Notes under the pieces: generated by a model
What the model was told of the DNA's origin: nothing
Database searches by the model: none
What the model saw: the letters and a program-made list of their open reading frames with translations, nothing else
Shown: positions 1-9,871 of the stretch, piece by piece
Numbering within the stretch: the stretch's first letter is position 1
How the letters are laid out: each line of letters begins with the position of its first letter
Source of the DNA: a virus
DNA: 62,277 nucleotides
Virus record (IMG/VR): IMGVR_UViG_3300020430_000009
Direction: 5' to 3' (one strand)
Made by a program: the position numbers and the translations under genes

Positions 1-69
1 AATGAAAGGCATGATGGATAAAGGCGACACCAAAGACTTCAGAAAAAATAAGTTCATAAGGAGTATGAA

Positions 70-285
70 ATGACATATGACTTTCACACTTTCAGAGAAA
101 GAGGTCCTATAAGTGAAGCTACCGACGTTTATGACAAAGATGGAATTCAAATTACTAGAACTGCTTTAAAAGGCGGTGTTGGGTTTCAAATTAACTATGG
201 CGAAAGAGGTAGGTATATTCAGGTCCTTAAAAAGGATATGAGCAAGATTATGAAAGCCATGCAAACAGCAATGAAAGCAAGATAG
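70..285 (+). CDS. hypothetical phage protein
   Basis: 71-aa ORF with SD (aggag) upstream, overlapping the stop of a partial upstream ORF. Confidence 0.6.
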   Translation: MTYDFHTFRERGPISEATDVYDKDGIQITRTALKGGVGFQINYGERGRYIQVLKKDMSKIMKAMQTAMKAR

Positions 286-286
286 T

Positions 287-1201
287 ATGCCATTAGGAAA
301 AGACGCAACAGCCGGAGACTACGTAAAAGACTTTAGAAAGTCTAAGGCTCCACAGTTTAAAGGTAAGTCTAAAGAAAAAAGACATAAGATGGCTATTGCC
401 GCTTATCTCGATAAACGCGATAGTCAAGACGAAGCCAAATTAGCTGGTAATAATCTAAAACTCTTTTCTCAGTTAAATAGAGATAAAAAGGTAGATGAGT
501 TGTCTATGAAACTAAAGACCAAGGCTAAATTCGCTCGAGCCGTAAGAGGTCCAAGTAAAAAGGCAAGGCCTGATATATTCAGAACTACTGGAAAGAGAGC
601 AAAAGAAATAGCTAAAAAAGCTGATATACTCGTAACTATGAAAAGAGCTAAAGAAAGAGACGAGAGAAGAAAACGTCTAGGTCTGAAACCAGTAGGAGAA
701 TCCTCATCTTTTGCTGTAGATATTAAAGGCCTTCCAACTATGTACATGGACGGAATGACTTCCAATGAAATAAAACAAAAGTTGCGTAAGATTATCAAAC
801 AGCCTTCTATGATACAAGCCGTTGATAGAATACAAAAGTCTAAAGTTAAAAAGATCTTTAGAGACAAAGGTCAAGGAAGAGAACAGATAGATGCTAATTA
901 TAAGTATGACTATGGCTCTCCAGAATCTGTTAGACTTATGAAAAAAATTACTCCGGGTGAAGGAGTTAAGGAAGGTGTAAGAGGAAAAACAGACGCGCCA
1001 AAAGGACCAGAGTCTTATGAGGCGCAGTATAAAAGAAGATTAGTTAAAACTACAGATCCTGAACATAAAGAAAAAGGTTATAAGTACAGAATTAAAGGTA
1101 AGAAGAATAGTTCACTTACTAAAAAGTTGTATAAGTCTAAACCTGATCAGGCTGAGTTTAACAAACAGATGAGAAGGATTGCAGGTCATGAGTTTGGATA
1201 A
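287..1201 (+). CDS. basic putative internal head protein
   Basis: Lys/Arg-rich 304 aa; N-terminal DFRKSKAPQFKGKSKEKRHKMAIAAY segment of a kind seen in T4-like head-region proteins. Confidence 0.55.
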   Translation: MPLGKDATAGDYVKDFRKSKAPQFKGKSKEKRHKMAIAAYLDKRDSQDEAKLAGNNLKLFSQLNRDKKVDELSMKLKTKAKFARAVRGPSKKARPDIFRTTGKRAKEIAKKADILVTMKRAKERDERRKRLGLKPVGESSSFAVDIKGLPTMYMDGMTSNEIKQKLRKIIKQPSMIQAVDRIQKSKVKKIFRDKGQGREQIDANYKYDYGSPESVRLMKKITPGEGVKEGVRGKTDAPKGPESYEAQYKRRLVKTTDPEHKEKGYKYRIKGKKNSSLTKKLYKSKPDQAEFNKQMRRIAGHEFG

Positions 1202-1547
1202 ATTTAAAACTTTTAGAGAAGAATGTATAGATGACGATTGCGAATGTTTTGATCTCTACGAAGATTTAGAGTTAGAAGAAGCCGAGTATAAAGGCAGAAA
1301 AGTAACTCTTAATAATCCATCTCGATCTAATGATGGAAAGAAAAAATTTTACGTGTATGTAAAAAATGACAAGGGTAATATTATTAAGTTAGGATTTGGC
1401 GATCCAAATATGGAGATAAAAAGAGACGACCCAGCAAGAAGAAAGTCTTTTAGAGCTAGGCATAACTGTGATAACCCAGGTCCAAAATATAAAGCAAGAT
1501 ATTGGTCTTGTTATCAGTGGAGAGCAGGAGCAAAGGTAGATAATTAA
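1188..1547 (+). CDS. conserved viral protein (DUF6321-like)
   Basis: FGDPNMEIKRDDPARRKSFRARHNCD...ARYWSC motif; ATG at 1188 preferred over the ORF-track start. Confidence 0.65.
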   Translation: MSLDKFKTFREECIDDDCECFDLYEDLELEEAEYKGRKVTLNNPSRSNDGKKKFYVYVKNDKGNIIKLGFGDPNMEIKRDDPARRKSFRARHNCDNPGPKYKARYWSCYQWRAGAKVDN

Positions 1548-1990
1548 TGGCGACAAAAGTGAATGAAAACACAGAATTGTCTATGCCAATTCGTAATTTA
1601 ATAGCAATGGTAGTTGGCGCGGCAATCGGTACATGGGCATACTTTGGTATCATAGAAAGATTAAATAATTTAGAAAATAAGTTTCAAATTCAAGATGCTG
1701 ACGTTGGTATGAATACAGAGTTTAGAATCAAATGGCCAAGAGGAGAAATGGGCTCCTTACCAGCTGATTCAGAACAGTTTATGTTGATTGAACATTTATC
1801 TGGAGAGCTAGAAAAATTAGCAAGTCAGATAGAAGATGGACAAGCTCCATATGATCAACAACAACAATTGACATTGAACTTTTATAAAGACAGAATTGAA
1901 GCTTTAGAGAATGAGATTAAATCTATTCGTAAGGACATGATGGACATGATCCACGATATGAACGGGATAAAAAAGCACAATGGTCATTAA
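1547..1990 (+). CDS. membrane-anchored coiled-coil hypothetical protein
   Basis: N-terminal hydrophobic helix followed by coiled coil; TAATG coupling. Confidence 0.6.
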   Translation: MATKVNENTELSMPIRNLIAMVVGAAIGTWAYFGIIERLNNLENKFQIQDADVGMNTEFRIKWPRGEMGSLPADSEQFMLIEHLSGELEKLASQIEDGQAPYDQQQQLTLNFYKDRIEALENEIKSIRKDMMDMIHDMNGIKKHNGH

Positions 1991-2198
1991 AACGATGACA
2001 CTCTTACTTTATTTAGGTGGCGGTATTATAGAACATACTGGGCCTATGTCTATGTCAGAGTGTCTTAAAATGAAAAGAACTATAGAAAGACACGGTTGGA
2101 AAGACAGAAAAGATACGAGATATTCTTGTGAAAAGAAACAAGTTGAAGTTGCTGTAGGTCCAGACGGAAAAGAATTTATTGTAAGGATTGTCGAGTAA
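1980..2198 (+). CDS. hypothetical protein
   Basis: 72-aa ORF in operon. Confidence 0.55.
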   Translation: MVIKTMTLLLYLGGGIIEHTGPMSMSECLKMKRTIERHGWKDRKDTRYSCEKKQVEVAVGPDGKEFIVRIVE

Positions 2199-2199
2199 T

Positions 2200-2337
2200 A
2201 TGCCAACTAGATTCAGAAGTGTTGCAATACACGAGCCAACTATAAAAGGAACTTCTATTGGAAGAAAGCCGATTAAGTCGACTATGAATAAAAACAAAAG
2301 ACGTTCTTTTAAGAAATATAGAGGACAAGGAAAATAA
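2200..2337 (+). CDS. small basic protein (45 aa, not in ORF track)
   Basis: MPTRFRS...MNKNKRRSFKKYRGQGK; fills the gap exactly and is TAATG-coupled to the next gene. Confidence 0.7.
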   Translation: MPTRFRSVAIHEPTIKGTSIGRKPIKSTMNKNKRRSFKKYRGQGK

Positions 2338-2615
2338 TGGCTGAAACTACAGAAACTAGACTGGATAGAATAGAAGAAAAGATAGACAAGTTAGCTGACG
2401 CTATGATCAGTTTAGCTCGTGCAGAGGAGAAAATTATAGCATTGCAAGACGATCACGAGAATATGAGAGAGCGATTGAATAAGCTGTCAGTTAAACTCGA
2501 TGATATACAAAGAACTGTTGATGATAATTCAAGAACAGTGAGACTTATAAATAAGATTGGAATGGCAGTCATAGTGGCTGCTGTCGGCGCGTACGTTGCG
2601 CATATGTGGATGTAA
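2337..2615 (+). CDS. coiled-coil protein with C-terminal transmembrane helix (XhlA/holin-like)
   Basis: RLDRIEEKIDKL heptads plus C-terminal hydrophobic helix. Confidence 0.55.
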   Translation: MAETTETRLDRIEEKIDKLADAMISLARAEEKIIALQDDHENMRERLNKLSVKLDDIQRTVDDNSRTVRLINKIGMAVIVAAVGAYVAHMWM

Positions 2616-2627
2616 AAGGAGAATCAA

Positions 2628-3200
2628 ATGGAAGAAGGTTTTAAATACCATATACCAGAAGAGATTCCAGCAAATGAAAGAACCGCCTTTCATGGCGCAG
2701 CGGCAGCAGCGGCTAAAAGCGGAAAAAAGAAATTCAGCTTTGGTGGAAAAACTCATCCGGTCACTATGAAAAAAGATACGGCAAATGCCATAACGTCTAT
2801 GAAACATCATAACAAAGACGATAAAGATAAAATGAAGAAAGAGAGTACAATGACTTTTAGAGAAAAACTAATTGCCGTACTCGAAGGCGATAGAAAAGCT
2901 CATTATAAGAGTGCTACTCCGCCAGAGGAATATGACGAACTGTCGAAATCATCTAAAGGTGCTATGGACATGATGAAGAATCGTACAGACGCAGTTACGA
3001 TTGATGGTAATAAAGCGGCAGAAGTTACGGCAAAGAACGCAGCAGCTAAAGTGCCTGCAAAAAAGATGAGAAGTAATGATAATAATAAGGGAGACATGAA
3101 AATTATCCCTAGTGCCACTCCTATGAAAGGCATGAAAAAGACAATGGAAGCTTACATGAGTATGAAAGGAAAAACTGATGGCGAAGATACAACCTCCTAA
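2628..3200 (+). CDS. basic putative internal head protein
   Basis: strong SD (aaggag); Lys/Ala/Met-rich. Confidence 0.55.
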   Translation: MEEGFKYHIPEEIPANERTAFHGAAAAAAKSGKKKFSFGGKTHPVTMKKDTANAITSMKHHNKDDKDKMKKESTMTFREKLIAVLEGDRKAHYKSATPPEEYDELSKSSKGAMDMMKNRTDAVTIDGNKAAEVTAKNAAAKVPAKKMRSNDNNKGDMKIIPSATPMKGMKKTMEAYMSMKGKTDGEDTTS

Positions 3201-3450
3201 GTGGGCACCAGGCGCTCATCCAACTCCACAAGGTTGGAAGAACGTTAGTACAGGCGAACTGTTAATTTCTCAACCGATTTCTCAACAGCAAATCGACGAG
3301 TATTTTGAAGTTCCAAAGCCAAAGAAGAAAAAAGTTAAAGTTCTTAGAGAGGCTCCTGTAACTGCAGAAGAGGCTGAAGCTGAGCTTATGCAAGATCATA
3401 GTGTTCTTACTGAAGACGATGGTCTACCAAGCGACGTGGAGCGAAACTAA
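3178..3450 (+). CDS. hypothetical protein
   Basis: 90-aa ORF in operon. Confidence 0.6.
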   Translation: MAKIQPPKWAPGAHPTPQGWKNVSTGELLISQPISQQQIDEYFEVPKPKKKKVKVLREAPVTAEEAEAELMQDHSVLTEDDGLPSDVERN

Positions 3451-3474
3451 TTCTAAATCTTAATATATACTTTT

Positions 3475-3843
3475 ATGTTAAGATTTAAAGAATTAAATGA
3501 GAAGAATCTCTTTCTCTATGCAGCTAAGCATTATAGAAATCCTAGATTTGCTGATGCTGATGAGTTTTATGAAGACCTTAAGAGATTCAAATATATTAAG
3601 AGATTATTGAATAGGTATATCGAGTCAGATGAATTACCAGAAAGACTTGTATTAAACCATTTAATAGTAGTGTTTAACGTATTTGGAATTGAAGCTGCTT
3701 TAAATATATTAGAATTTAAGTTAGAGGACAAACACTGGCCGATTATAAAACCGTTCTTAATATTTTTAAAGTACATTAAGAACGAAGAATATACTGGAAT
3801 ACCAATGGACCCTAACGTTGTAGAGATTTTAAGGAAGATATAA
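3475..3843 (+). CDS. conserved T4-like hypothetical protein
   Basis: EFYEDLKRFKYIKRLLNRY...ERLVLNHLIV motif typical of T4-like core genes. Confidence 0.7.
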   Translation: MLRFKELNEKNLFLYAAKHYRNPRFADADEFYEDLKRFKYIKRLLNRYIESDELPERLVLNHLIVVFNVFGIEAALNILEFKLEDKHWPIIKPFLIFLKYIKNEEYTGIPMDPNVVEILRKI

Positions 3844-4430
3844 TGGGTATCGTAAAAAGAGCAGCAGATATAGCATACACTTTCAGATTCATACGAATGC
3901 TCGTTTTGGATTGGAAAGACTGGGATGCTTATAAGTTAGGTATCATAGACGAGAATGGAAAGAGAATAAAATCAGTGAAATTAGATAATGACGAAAAAAA
4001 GTCTGCATATACTCCTTTTATTAGGTTGTCTGCTAACGTTAAGCGGTTGTTATCCAAAATTCCGGGTGGGGGTAGTAAGCTTGGAAGTTTTGCTGCAGGA
4101 CTCTTTTTAATAAAAGAAAAATATGGATTTACTGATAAGAACATAAAAGACATTTGCGAAAAGGTAAATGTCGACGTACTCGACTTCTTAAATGAAAGTA
4201 ACGAATGGTTTATGCTAGAAGATAAACAAATATCTCCTGGGATATACAAAGTGTACAATCCTAAGTTACTTAACAGCACGTGTGATGAACTAGTTTGGCC
4301 TAAAGATGAGATTAGAATAGAAGAAGAATGTTTTCCTATTGGCGACATATTTGGCGTAGACATTTATGAAGCCGTACATATGAAAACACAACAAAGAATT
4401 TATATTGCTTTGAGCGAGATATATAAATGA
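3843..4430 (+). CDS. conserved T4-like hypothetical protein
   Basis: WDAYKLGIIDENGKRIK motif. Confidence 0.65.
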   Translation: MGIVKRAADIAYTFRFIRMLVLDWKDWDAYKLGIIDENGKRIKSVKLDNDEKKSAYTPFIRLSANVKRLLSKIPGGGSKLGSFAAGLFLIKEKYGFTDKNIKDICEKVNVDVLDFLNESNEWFMLEDKQISPGIYKVYNPKLLNSTCDELVWPKDEIRIEEECFPIGDIFGVDIYEAVHMKTQQRIYIALSEIYK

Positions 4431-4717
4431 AGATATTCGCAGCAGTTAGATGTCCGCCAGGGTATAAGTACGATGAAAAATCTAAATCATGCGTACCAAA
4501 GAGTTATTCCAGAGTAGCTAGGATAGGATATCCTCATTATGGCTTTGGTGGTGGTAAGTCGTCATCACAAAAGAATGGTAATGGTTCTAATGGTAATGGA
4601 AATGGAAATGGTAATGGTAACGGCGGTAATGGCAATGGTGGAAACGGTAATGGTGGAAATGGAAACGGCGGCGGAAACGGTGGCGGCAATGGCGGTGGAA
4701 ACGGTGGAGGCCAATGA
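4427..4717 (+). CDS. small protein with Cys pair and Gly/Asn-rich tail
   Basis: CPPGY...C followed by (GN/GGN)n; ATGA overlaps at both ends. Confidence 0.6.
   Translation: MKIFAAVRCPPGYKYDEKSKSCVPKSYSRVARIGYPHYGFGGGKSSSQKNGNGSNGNGNGNGNGNGGNGNGGNGNGGNGNGGGNGGGNGGGNGGGQ
4573..4710 (+). repeat. low-complexity coding repeat encoding Gly-Asn / Gly-Gly-Asn
   Basis: tandem aatggt/ggaaac/ggcggt units. Confidence 0.85.
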
Positions 4718-5499
4718 GAGTCGCAGGTAGACAAAAAGGAGCTAAAATAAAACCATATACGCATGTGGTTGTAAATCCTAATGCACCGAAATCAAGATAC
4801 ACTTTTAGCATGCACAGTTCAGAAGCAGGAGCAAAGAAAGCAGCTAAAAAATATTCACCATTAGTAGGCGATGACTTAAAAGTCGTTAAACAATCTGGTA
4901 GAAGTCCAAGTACCGACATGTTTGAAGCTACAAAAAGAATACCAAGAAAAAAAGGACAGCCTGCCGGATCTGATAAACACAGTGATCTATACACTGATGA
5001 AAACCCGAAAGGAACAATACATGGTCTTAAGTTTGCTACAGTCGAAGACGCGAAAGCGTCGGTCGCGAAAATTAAAAACTCAGGAAAAAAACACGCCCAC
5101 AAAATTCAAGCTGCCATCGCCATGGAACAAAGAGCTAGAGTTATGGGAAAGACCGGACCTGCCGCGGTTTATAGAAAGTTCATAAACCAAATGAAGAAGA
5201 AGACAAAACAAATGCAAAAAGAAGACATACAAGAGAGCAGACCAGGGTTGTGGGATAACATCCGCAAACGTAGAGCGTCTGGAAAACGTATGAGGAAGAA
5301 AGGTGAAAAAGGAGCTCCATCACCAGAAGCAATGGCAAGAGCCAGCGCCGCTAGTGAAGAGATGACTACTACCGCTTCTATACCGAATCCAATAGACACA
5401 TCTATGGGACCTAGATTTACGACAACTAATGTTATGGATAGAAGGAAAAAGAAAAAACCTGCGCTACTTAAAAGGTTTTCTCAATATATTTCAAAATGA
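4714..5499 (+). CDS. basic putative internal head protein
   Basis: HSDLYTDENPKGTIHGLKF and GLWDNIRKRR modules; Lys-rich. Confidence 0.55.
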   Translation: MRVAGRQKGAKIKPYTHVVVNPNAPKSRYTFSMHSSEAGAKKAAKKYSPLVGDDLKVVKQSGRSPSTDMFEATKRIPRKKGQPAGSDKHSDLYTDENPKGTIHGLKFATVEDAKASVAKIKNSGKKHAHKIQAAIAMEQRARVMGKTGPAAVYRKFINQMKKKTKQMQKEDIQESRPGLWDNIRKRRASGKRMRKKGEKGAPSPEAMARASAASEEMTTTASIPNPIDTSMGPRFTTTNVMDRRKKKKPALLKRFSQYISK

Positions 5500-5999
5500 T
5501 TCGTATATACATAGCCCTGGCAGTATTCGCTATTATAGGTAGCTTGGCTTATGGCGCCAAGTACTATTATGACACTACTCAAAATAAGATAGCGGTATTA
5601 ACTAAAAACAATGCTACCCTAAAAGTGGCAGTGGATACTGCAGAATCAAGTTTGAAACTCGCAAAAGAAGAACAACAAAAGATGAGCGAGCTTAATAATA
5701 AACTACAAGGTGATCTTCAAAAAGCAGAAAAATATGGAGATAGTTTAAGAAGTAAACTGGCTCAACTTAATCTAGTAAAAGACGCATTGACAGATGCTAA
5801 AAATTTAGAAGGAAGAATGAATGGCGCAACAGCCAAGATATGGCGAGAGATTATGGGTGATACTGGTGGCGATTCTAGCCGGCCTAATCCTAACTGGTTG
5901 CAGCGGTCTGAGACAGCCGACGGAAATAAAGACGGTGACAAAGATCGAAAAGATAACGATACCAGTAGTAGCGAGACCGAAACCAGTTCAACTCAATGA
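5496..5999 (+). CDS. i-spanin (Rz-like)
   Basis: N-terminal transmembrane helix plus long coiled coil; overlapped by a lipoprotein gene. Confidence 0.75.
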   Translation: MIRIYIALAVFAIIGSLAYGAKYYYDTTQNKIAVLTKNNATLKVAVDTAESSLKLAKEEQQKMSELNNKLQGDLQKAEKYGDSLRSKLAQLNLVKDALTDAKNLEGRMNGATAKIWREIMGDTGGDSSRPNPNWLQRSETADGNKDGDKDRKDNDTSSSETETSSTQ

Positions 6000-6225
6000 C
6001 GTAAGAGTCTACGTCGTTAACGCTGACATATATGAAGAATTTGTAAAAGAGTTTACTGAAGAAAACGGTGAGCTTGCTTTTGTCGCCTTGTCAATGAAAG
6101 ATTATGAGAACTTAGCTTTAAACGTAGCTGAAATGAGAAGATATATAAATCAACAGAAACAAATTATAGTTTACTACGAAAAAGCTGTAACAGAGGAGAA
6201 AAAGAATGATGGACCTAACAATTAG
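5821..6225 (+). CDS. o-spanin (Rz1-like lipoprotein)
   Basis: signal peptide with lipobox ILTG-C; overlaps the 3' end of the i-spanin in another frame. Confidence 0.75.
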   Translation: MAQQPRYGERLWVILVAILAGLILTGCSGLRQPTEIKTVTKIEKITIPVVARPKPVQLNDVRVYVVNADIYEEFVKEFTEENGELAFVALSMKDYENLALNVAEMRRYINQQKQIIVYYEKAVTEEKKNDGPNN

Positions 6226-6799
6226 TCTGGCCACTCAATTTTGGCCAATGACTATTTTTATTATTCTGGTACTTATCGGCTTTATCATTAACTTGTTTGA
6301 TAGAAGAATGGCAGACTACAGAGTCAACTTTAAGTATAAAGAGATGCCACAAATGAAACCAATTCCTATTCCAACTAAAGGAAAAGGCTTTTGGAAAGCT
6401 ATATTCCTATGGGTCTTTGGAACGAGACATTGGATCGTAGCCAAAGATTTTATCTATTCAATGCATGGTCAACAATATGTAATTCCAAAAGGATTTCAAT
6501 TCGATGGAGCAAGTGTGCCGAAGTTTTTAGCTCAGTTCTTGTCTCCTGTTGGTGTATTACTTATAGGTGGACTAATACACGACTATGGTTATAAGTACGA
6601 AACTTTACTGCTAAAAAGCAATAGAACTATTGGGAAAAAATCTCAAAAGTGGATGGATCAAACTTTTAGAGATATAAACATAGAGGTCAATGGTTTCTTT
6701 CTTTTGAATCAACTAGCTTACTGGGCGTTAAGACTTGGTGGTTGGGTCGCTTGGAATAAACATCGAAAGATCGGTGCTCAGGTACCAGGGCTAGACTAA
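6206..6799 (+). CDS. DUF1353-family protein
   Basis: IPKGFQFDGASVP...GLIHDYGY motif. Confidence 0.75.
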   Translation: MMDLTISLATQFWPMTIFIILVLIGFIINLFDRRMADYRVNFKYKEMPQMKPIPIPTKGKGFWKAIFLWVFGTRHWIVAKDFIYSMHGQQYVIPKGFQFDGASVPKFLAQFLSPVGVLLIGGLIHDYGYKYETLLLKSNRTIGKKSQKWMDQTFRDINIEVNGFFLLNQLAYWALRLGGWVAWNKHRKIGAQVPGLD

Positions 6800-7194
6800 T
6801 GTATGAATATAGATGTAAATTAGTTAAAGTGATCGATGGAGACACGATAGATGTTGATATCGATTTAGGATTTGGAGTTTGGTTAAAAAAAGAAAGAGTT
6901 AGATTAGTCGGCATTGATACACCAGAATCTAGGACTCGAGATCTAGAGGAAAAAAAGTATGGATTAGCTGCTAAAGAATTTCTTATCAAATGGACTGGAG
7001 CTGGAGAACTTAGGCTCAAGACTCAAAAAGACAAGACCGGAAAATTTGGTAGAATACTAGGAGAACTGTGGACGTTTGATACCAACATTAATCAAAAGAT
7101 GATTGAAGAACATCATGCAGTTGCTTATGAAGGACAATCTAAAGAAGAGATTGCAGAACAACATTTAGCTAATAGAGAAAGGGTAAAATTATGA
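6799..7194 (+). CDS. thermonuclease (SNase-like)
   Basis: VIDGDT, VRLVGIDTPE and GKFGRILG motifs. Confidence 0.85.
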   Translation: MYEYRCKLVKVIDGDTIDVDIDLGFGVWLKKERVRLVGIDTPESRTRDLEEKKYGLAAKEFLIKWTGAGELRLKTQKDKTGKFGRILGELWTFDTNINQKMIEEHHAVAYEGQSKEEIAEQHLANRERVKL

Positions 7195-7406
7195 AAGTAG
7201 GCGATCAACTTATTCACGCAGCTAAAAAACAAGCTGAAGGTCAGCTTGAAGTTCACAGAGCAAATATTGAAGTATATAAAACAATGCCAGCAGGTATTGG
7301 TGAACATTCCGACGTTACTGAGGCAGTCATATCTGAACTCGATAAGATGGCCGCAGCTTACGATCGAATAGAAATGATAGAGAAATATTTTTCTTTAAAA
7401 GAATAA
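7191..7406 (+). CDS. hypothetical protein
   Basis: PAGIGEHSD motif; ATGA overlap. Confidence 0.65.
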   Translation: MKVGDQLIHAAKKQAEGQLEVHRANIEVYKTMPAGIGEHSDVTEAVISELDKMAAAYDRIEMIEKYFSLKE

Positions 7407-7435
7407 AAAACTTTACAAATGCAATAAAAAAGGGG

Positions 7436-7464
7436 TTTACAAAGATCCCTTTTTAATATATAAT
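7436..7464 (+). promoter_or_regulatory. sigma70-type promoter for nrdJ
   Basis: TTTACA-17 bp-TATAAT; the -35 lies within an inverted repeat (7426-7454). Confidence 0.75.
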
Positions 7465-7500
7465 AGTTACAATACAAAAAAATCAGAAAAGGTAAAAGCC

Positions 7501-9714
7501 ATGCAACAATTTGTTGACACAAGAGAGTTTTTGTCTCAGACTAAGTTTTATGACGGCTATTCAAGATTCAAAGAATCAGATAATAGGTACGAAACTTGGG
7601 ATGAGGCTGTAGACCGTGTTATTGACATGCACGATGAAAACTACAAAAATTTAGATAATGAATTAACCCCGTTTTTAGAAGAAGCGAGAACCGCTTATAA
7701 AGAGCAAAGAGTACTGGGAGCACAGCGTGCTCTTCAGTTCGGTGGCGATCAATTGATGAAGCATCAAATGAGAATGTACAATTGTACGTCATCATACGTA
7801 GACAGACCTGAGTTTTTTGGCGAAGTTTTTTATATTTTACTATGTGGTGCAGGTGCTGGTTTCTCAGTACAAAAACATCACGTTAAAAAACTACCAAAGG
7901 TTCAGACCAGAACTAAGCAGGCTAAAGGATGGGTAGTAGAAGATTCAATCGAAGGCTGGGCAGACGCATTAGATGTACTTATGGCGTCTTATTTTGTAAA
8001 TGGAGGTAAACATCCAGATTACGCTGGCCGAAGAGTATTCTTCGATCTTACTCAGGTAAGACCAAAAGGCGCAAAAATATCTGGTGGATTCAAAGCTCCA
8101 GGGCCTGAAGGTCTACGTAGATCGCTCGATAAAATAGAACACTTACTTCAAGGTATTGTACTCGAATCAAAAGAACCAATTGCATTAAGACCTATTGATG
8201 TTTATGACATTACTATGCATGCTGCAGATGCAGTATTGTCTGGTGGTGTAAGACGTTCAGCTACAATTTGTTTATTCTCTCCAGATGATGAAGAGATGAT
8301 GAATGCAAAAACTGGCAATTGGTTTATGGAAAATCCTCAAAGAGGAAGATCTAATAATTCAGCTGTTATCGTAAGAGATAAGACTACTCCAGAACAATTT
8401 GGAAAAATTATGGAATCAGTCAAGCAGTTTGGAGAACCCGGATTTGTCTTTGTTGAATCTACAGAGCACACGACTAACCCATGCGTAGAAATTGGTATGT
8501 TTCCTAAGCTAGGAAATAAATCAGGCTGGCAAGGTTGTAATCTTACAGAGATCAACGGAGGCATGTGCAATACCGAGGAAGACTTTTATAAGGCATGCCG
8601 CGCAGCGTCTATCCTCGGTACCCTACAGGCAGGGTACACTGACTTCAAGTTTTTAACTAAGACTTCGAAGCAGATATTTGATAGAGAGGCGCTACTCGGC
8701 GTTTCTATAACTGGGTGGATGAATAATCCTACTATTTTGTTTAACGCAAACATCCTTAAAAAAGGAGCGGACATTGTTAAGGCGGTAAATAAAGAAGTTG
8801 CCGCAATCATTGGAATTAATCCGGCAGCCAGAACTACTTGTGTTAAGCCAAGTGGTAACGCATCCGTCTTGTTACAGACTGCATCTGGAATACACGCAGA
8901 ACATTCTCCAATGTATATTAGAAATGTTCAAATGAATAAAGAATCAGAAATTACTCAGGCAATAACTAGAACTAATCCTTATATGGTTGAAGAGTCTGTA
9001 TGGTCTTCAACTGGTAGTGATGTTGTAGTTTCATTTCCTATTTTACCCAACAAAGGTTCTAAGTACAAAGAAGAACTTCTTGGTATTAAGCATTTAGAAC
9101 TCGTAAAGAAAGCTCAAAAGTATTGGGTTGAAACTGGAACTAATGAAGATCTTTGCGCTGACCCTGGAATCAGACATAACGTATCAAATACTATTATTGT
9201 AGATGACTGGGACGAAGTGGAAAAGTATGTATTTGAAAATAGAGGTTCCTTTGCCGGCATATCTTTCTTAGCTATGACAGGCGATAAAGACTACAATCAA
9301 GCTCCAAATACTGCCGTTCCAACTGCAACTGACATGGTTGAAGAGTACGGTAACGCGGCTGTATTTGCGTCAGGAATGGTAGTTGATGCTCTTAAAGTGT
9401 TTCCTAATCTATGGGATGCCATTTCAACTGCTCATGGATATGGACTAGATCTTTCTGTTGAATCTTCAGAGAACTCTTCTAGAAAAGATTGGATAAGAAG
9501 ATTTGAAAACTTTTCTAATAATTATCTAGATGGTGATATGAAAAAAGCTGATTACTGCTTAAAAGATGCTTATCTTTTGCATAAGTGGAATAAGATTCAA
9601 TCTCATTTAAAACAAGTTAATTGGAAAACAGATTTAACAGAAAAGAAGTATACAGATGTCGACACTCTCGGAGCGCAGGCGTGCGCGGGTGGCGCGTGTG
9701 AGATCGATTTCTAG
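7501..9714 (+). CDS. nrdJ: class II (adenosylcobalamin-dependent) ribonucleotide reductase
   Basis: YNC, SGGVRRSATI, TNPCVEI, TCVKPSG and C-terminal CAGGACEI motifs of monomeric NrdJ; no nrdB adjacent. Confidence 0.85.
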   Translation: MQQFVDTREFLSQTKFYDGYSRFKESDNRYETWDEAVDRVIDMHDENYKNLDNELTPFLEEARTAYKEQRVLGAQRALQFGGDQLMKHQMRMYNCTSSYVDRPEFFGEVFYILLCGAGAGFSVQKHHVKKLPKVQTRTKQAKGWVVEDSIEGWADALDVLMASYFVNGGKHPDYAGRRVFFDLTQVRPKGAKISGGFKAPGPEGLRRSLDKIEHLLQGIVLESKEPIALRPIDVYDITMHAADAVLSGGVRRSATICLFSPDDEEMMNAKTGNWFMENPQRGRSNNSAVIVRDKTTPEQFGKIMESVKQFGEPGFVFVESTEHTTNPCVEIGMFPKLGNKSGWQGCNLTEINGGMCNTEEDFYKACRAASILGTLQAGYTDFKFLTKTSKQIFDREALLGVSITGWMNNPTILFNANILKKGADIVKAVNKEVAAIIGINPAARTTCVKPSGNASVLLQTASGIHAEHSPMYIRNVQMNKESEITQAITRTNPYMVEESVWSSTGSDVVVSFPILPNKGSKYKEELLGIKHLELVKKAQKYWVETGTNEDLCADPGIRHNVSNTIIVDDWDEVEKYVFENRGSFAGISFLAMTGDKDYNQAPNTAVPTATDMVEEYGNAAVFASGMVVDALKVFPNLWDAISTAHGYGLDLSVESSENSSRKDWIRRFENFSNNYLDGDMKKADYCLKDAYLLHKWNKIQSHLKQVNWKTDLTEKKYTDVDTLGAQACAGGACEIDF

Positions 9715-9871
9715 TGTTCCTTCACCGTGTATTAAAGTATGCAAGTTGGAAAATGGTTATTGTGTTGGATGTTTTAGAACACAAGATGAAATTAGAGATT
9801 GGTTTACTGCCACCGATACAGATAAGTTACGGATCCTTGAAAGGATAAATAATGAAGCAGTACATAGTTGA
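9656..9871 (+). CDS. DUF1289-family Cys-rich protein (start uncertain)
   Basis: SPCIKVC...CVGCFRTQDEIRDW motif. Confidence 0.75.
   Translation: MSTLSERRRARVARVRSISSVPSPCIKVCKLENGYCVGCFRTQDEIRDWFTATDTDKLRILERINNEAVHS

Noticed and set aside
4573-4710. CRISPR array or non-coding tandem repeat
   Set aside because: It is a degenerate codon-level Gly/Asn repeat inside an ORF, with no spacers.
7501-9714. Intron or intein in nrdJ
   Set aside because: Continuous ORF of normal length with no splicing or homing-endonuclease motifs.
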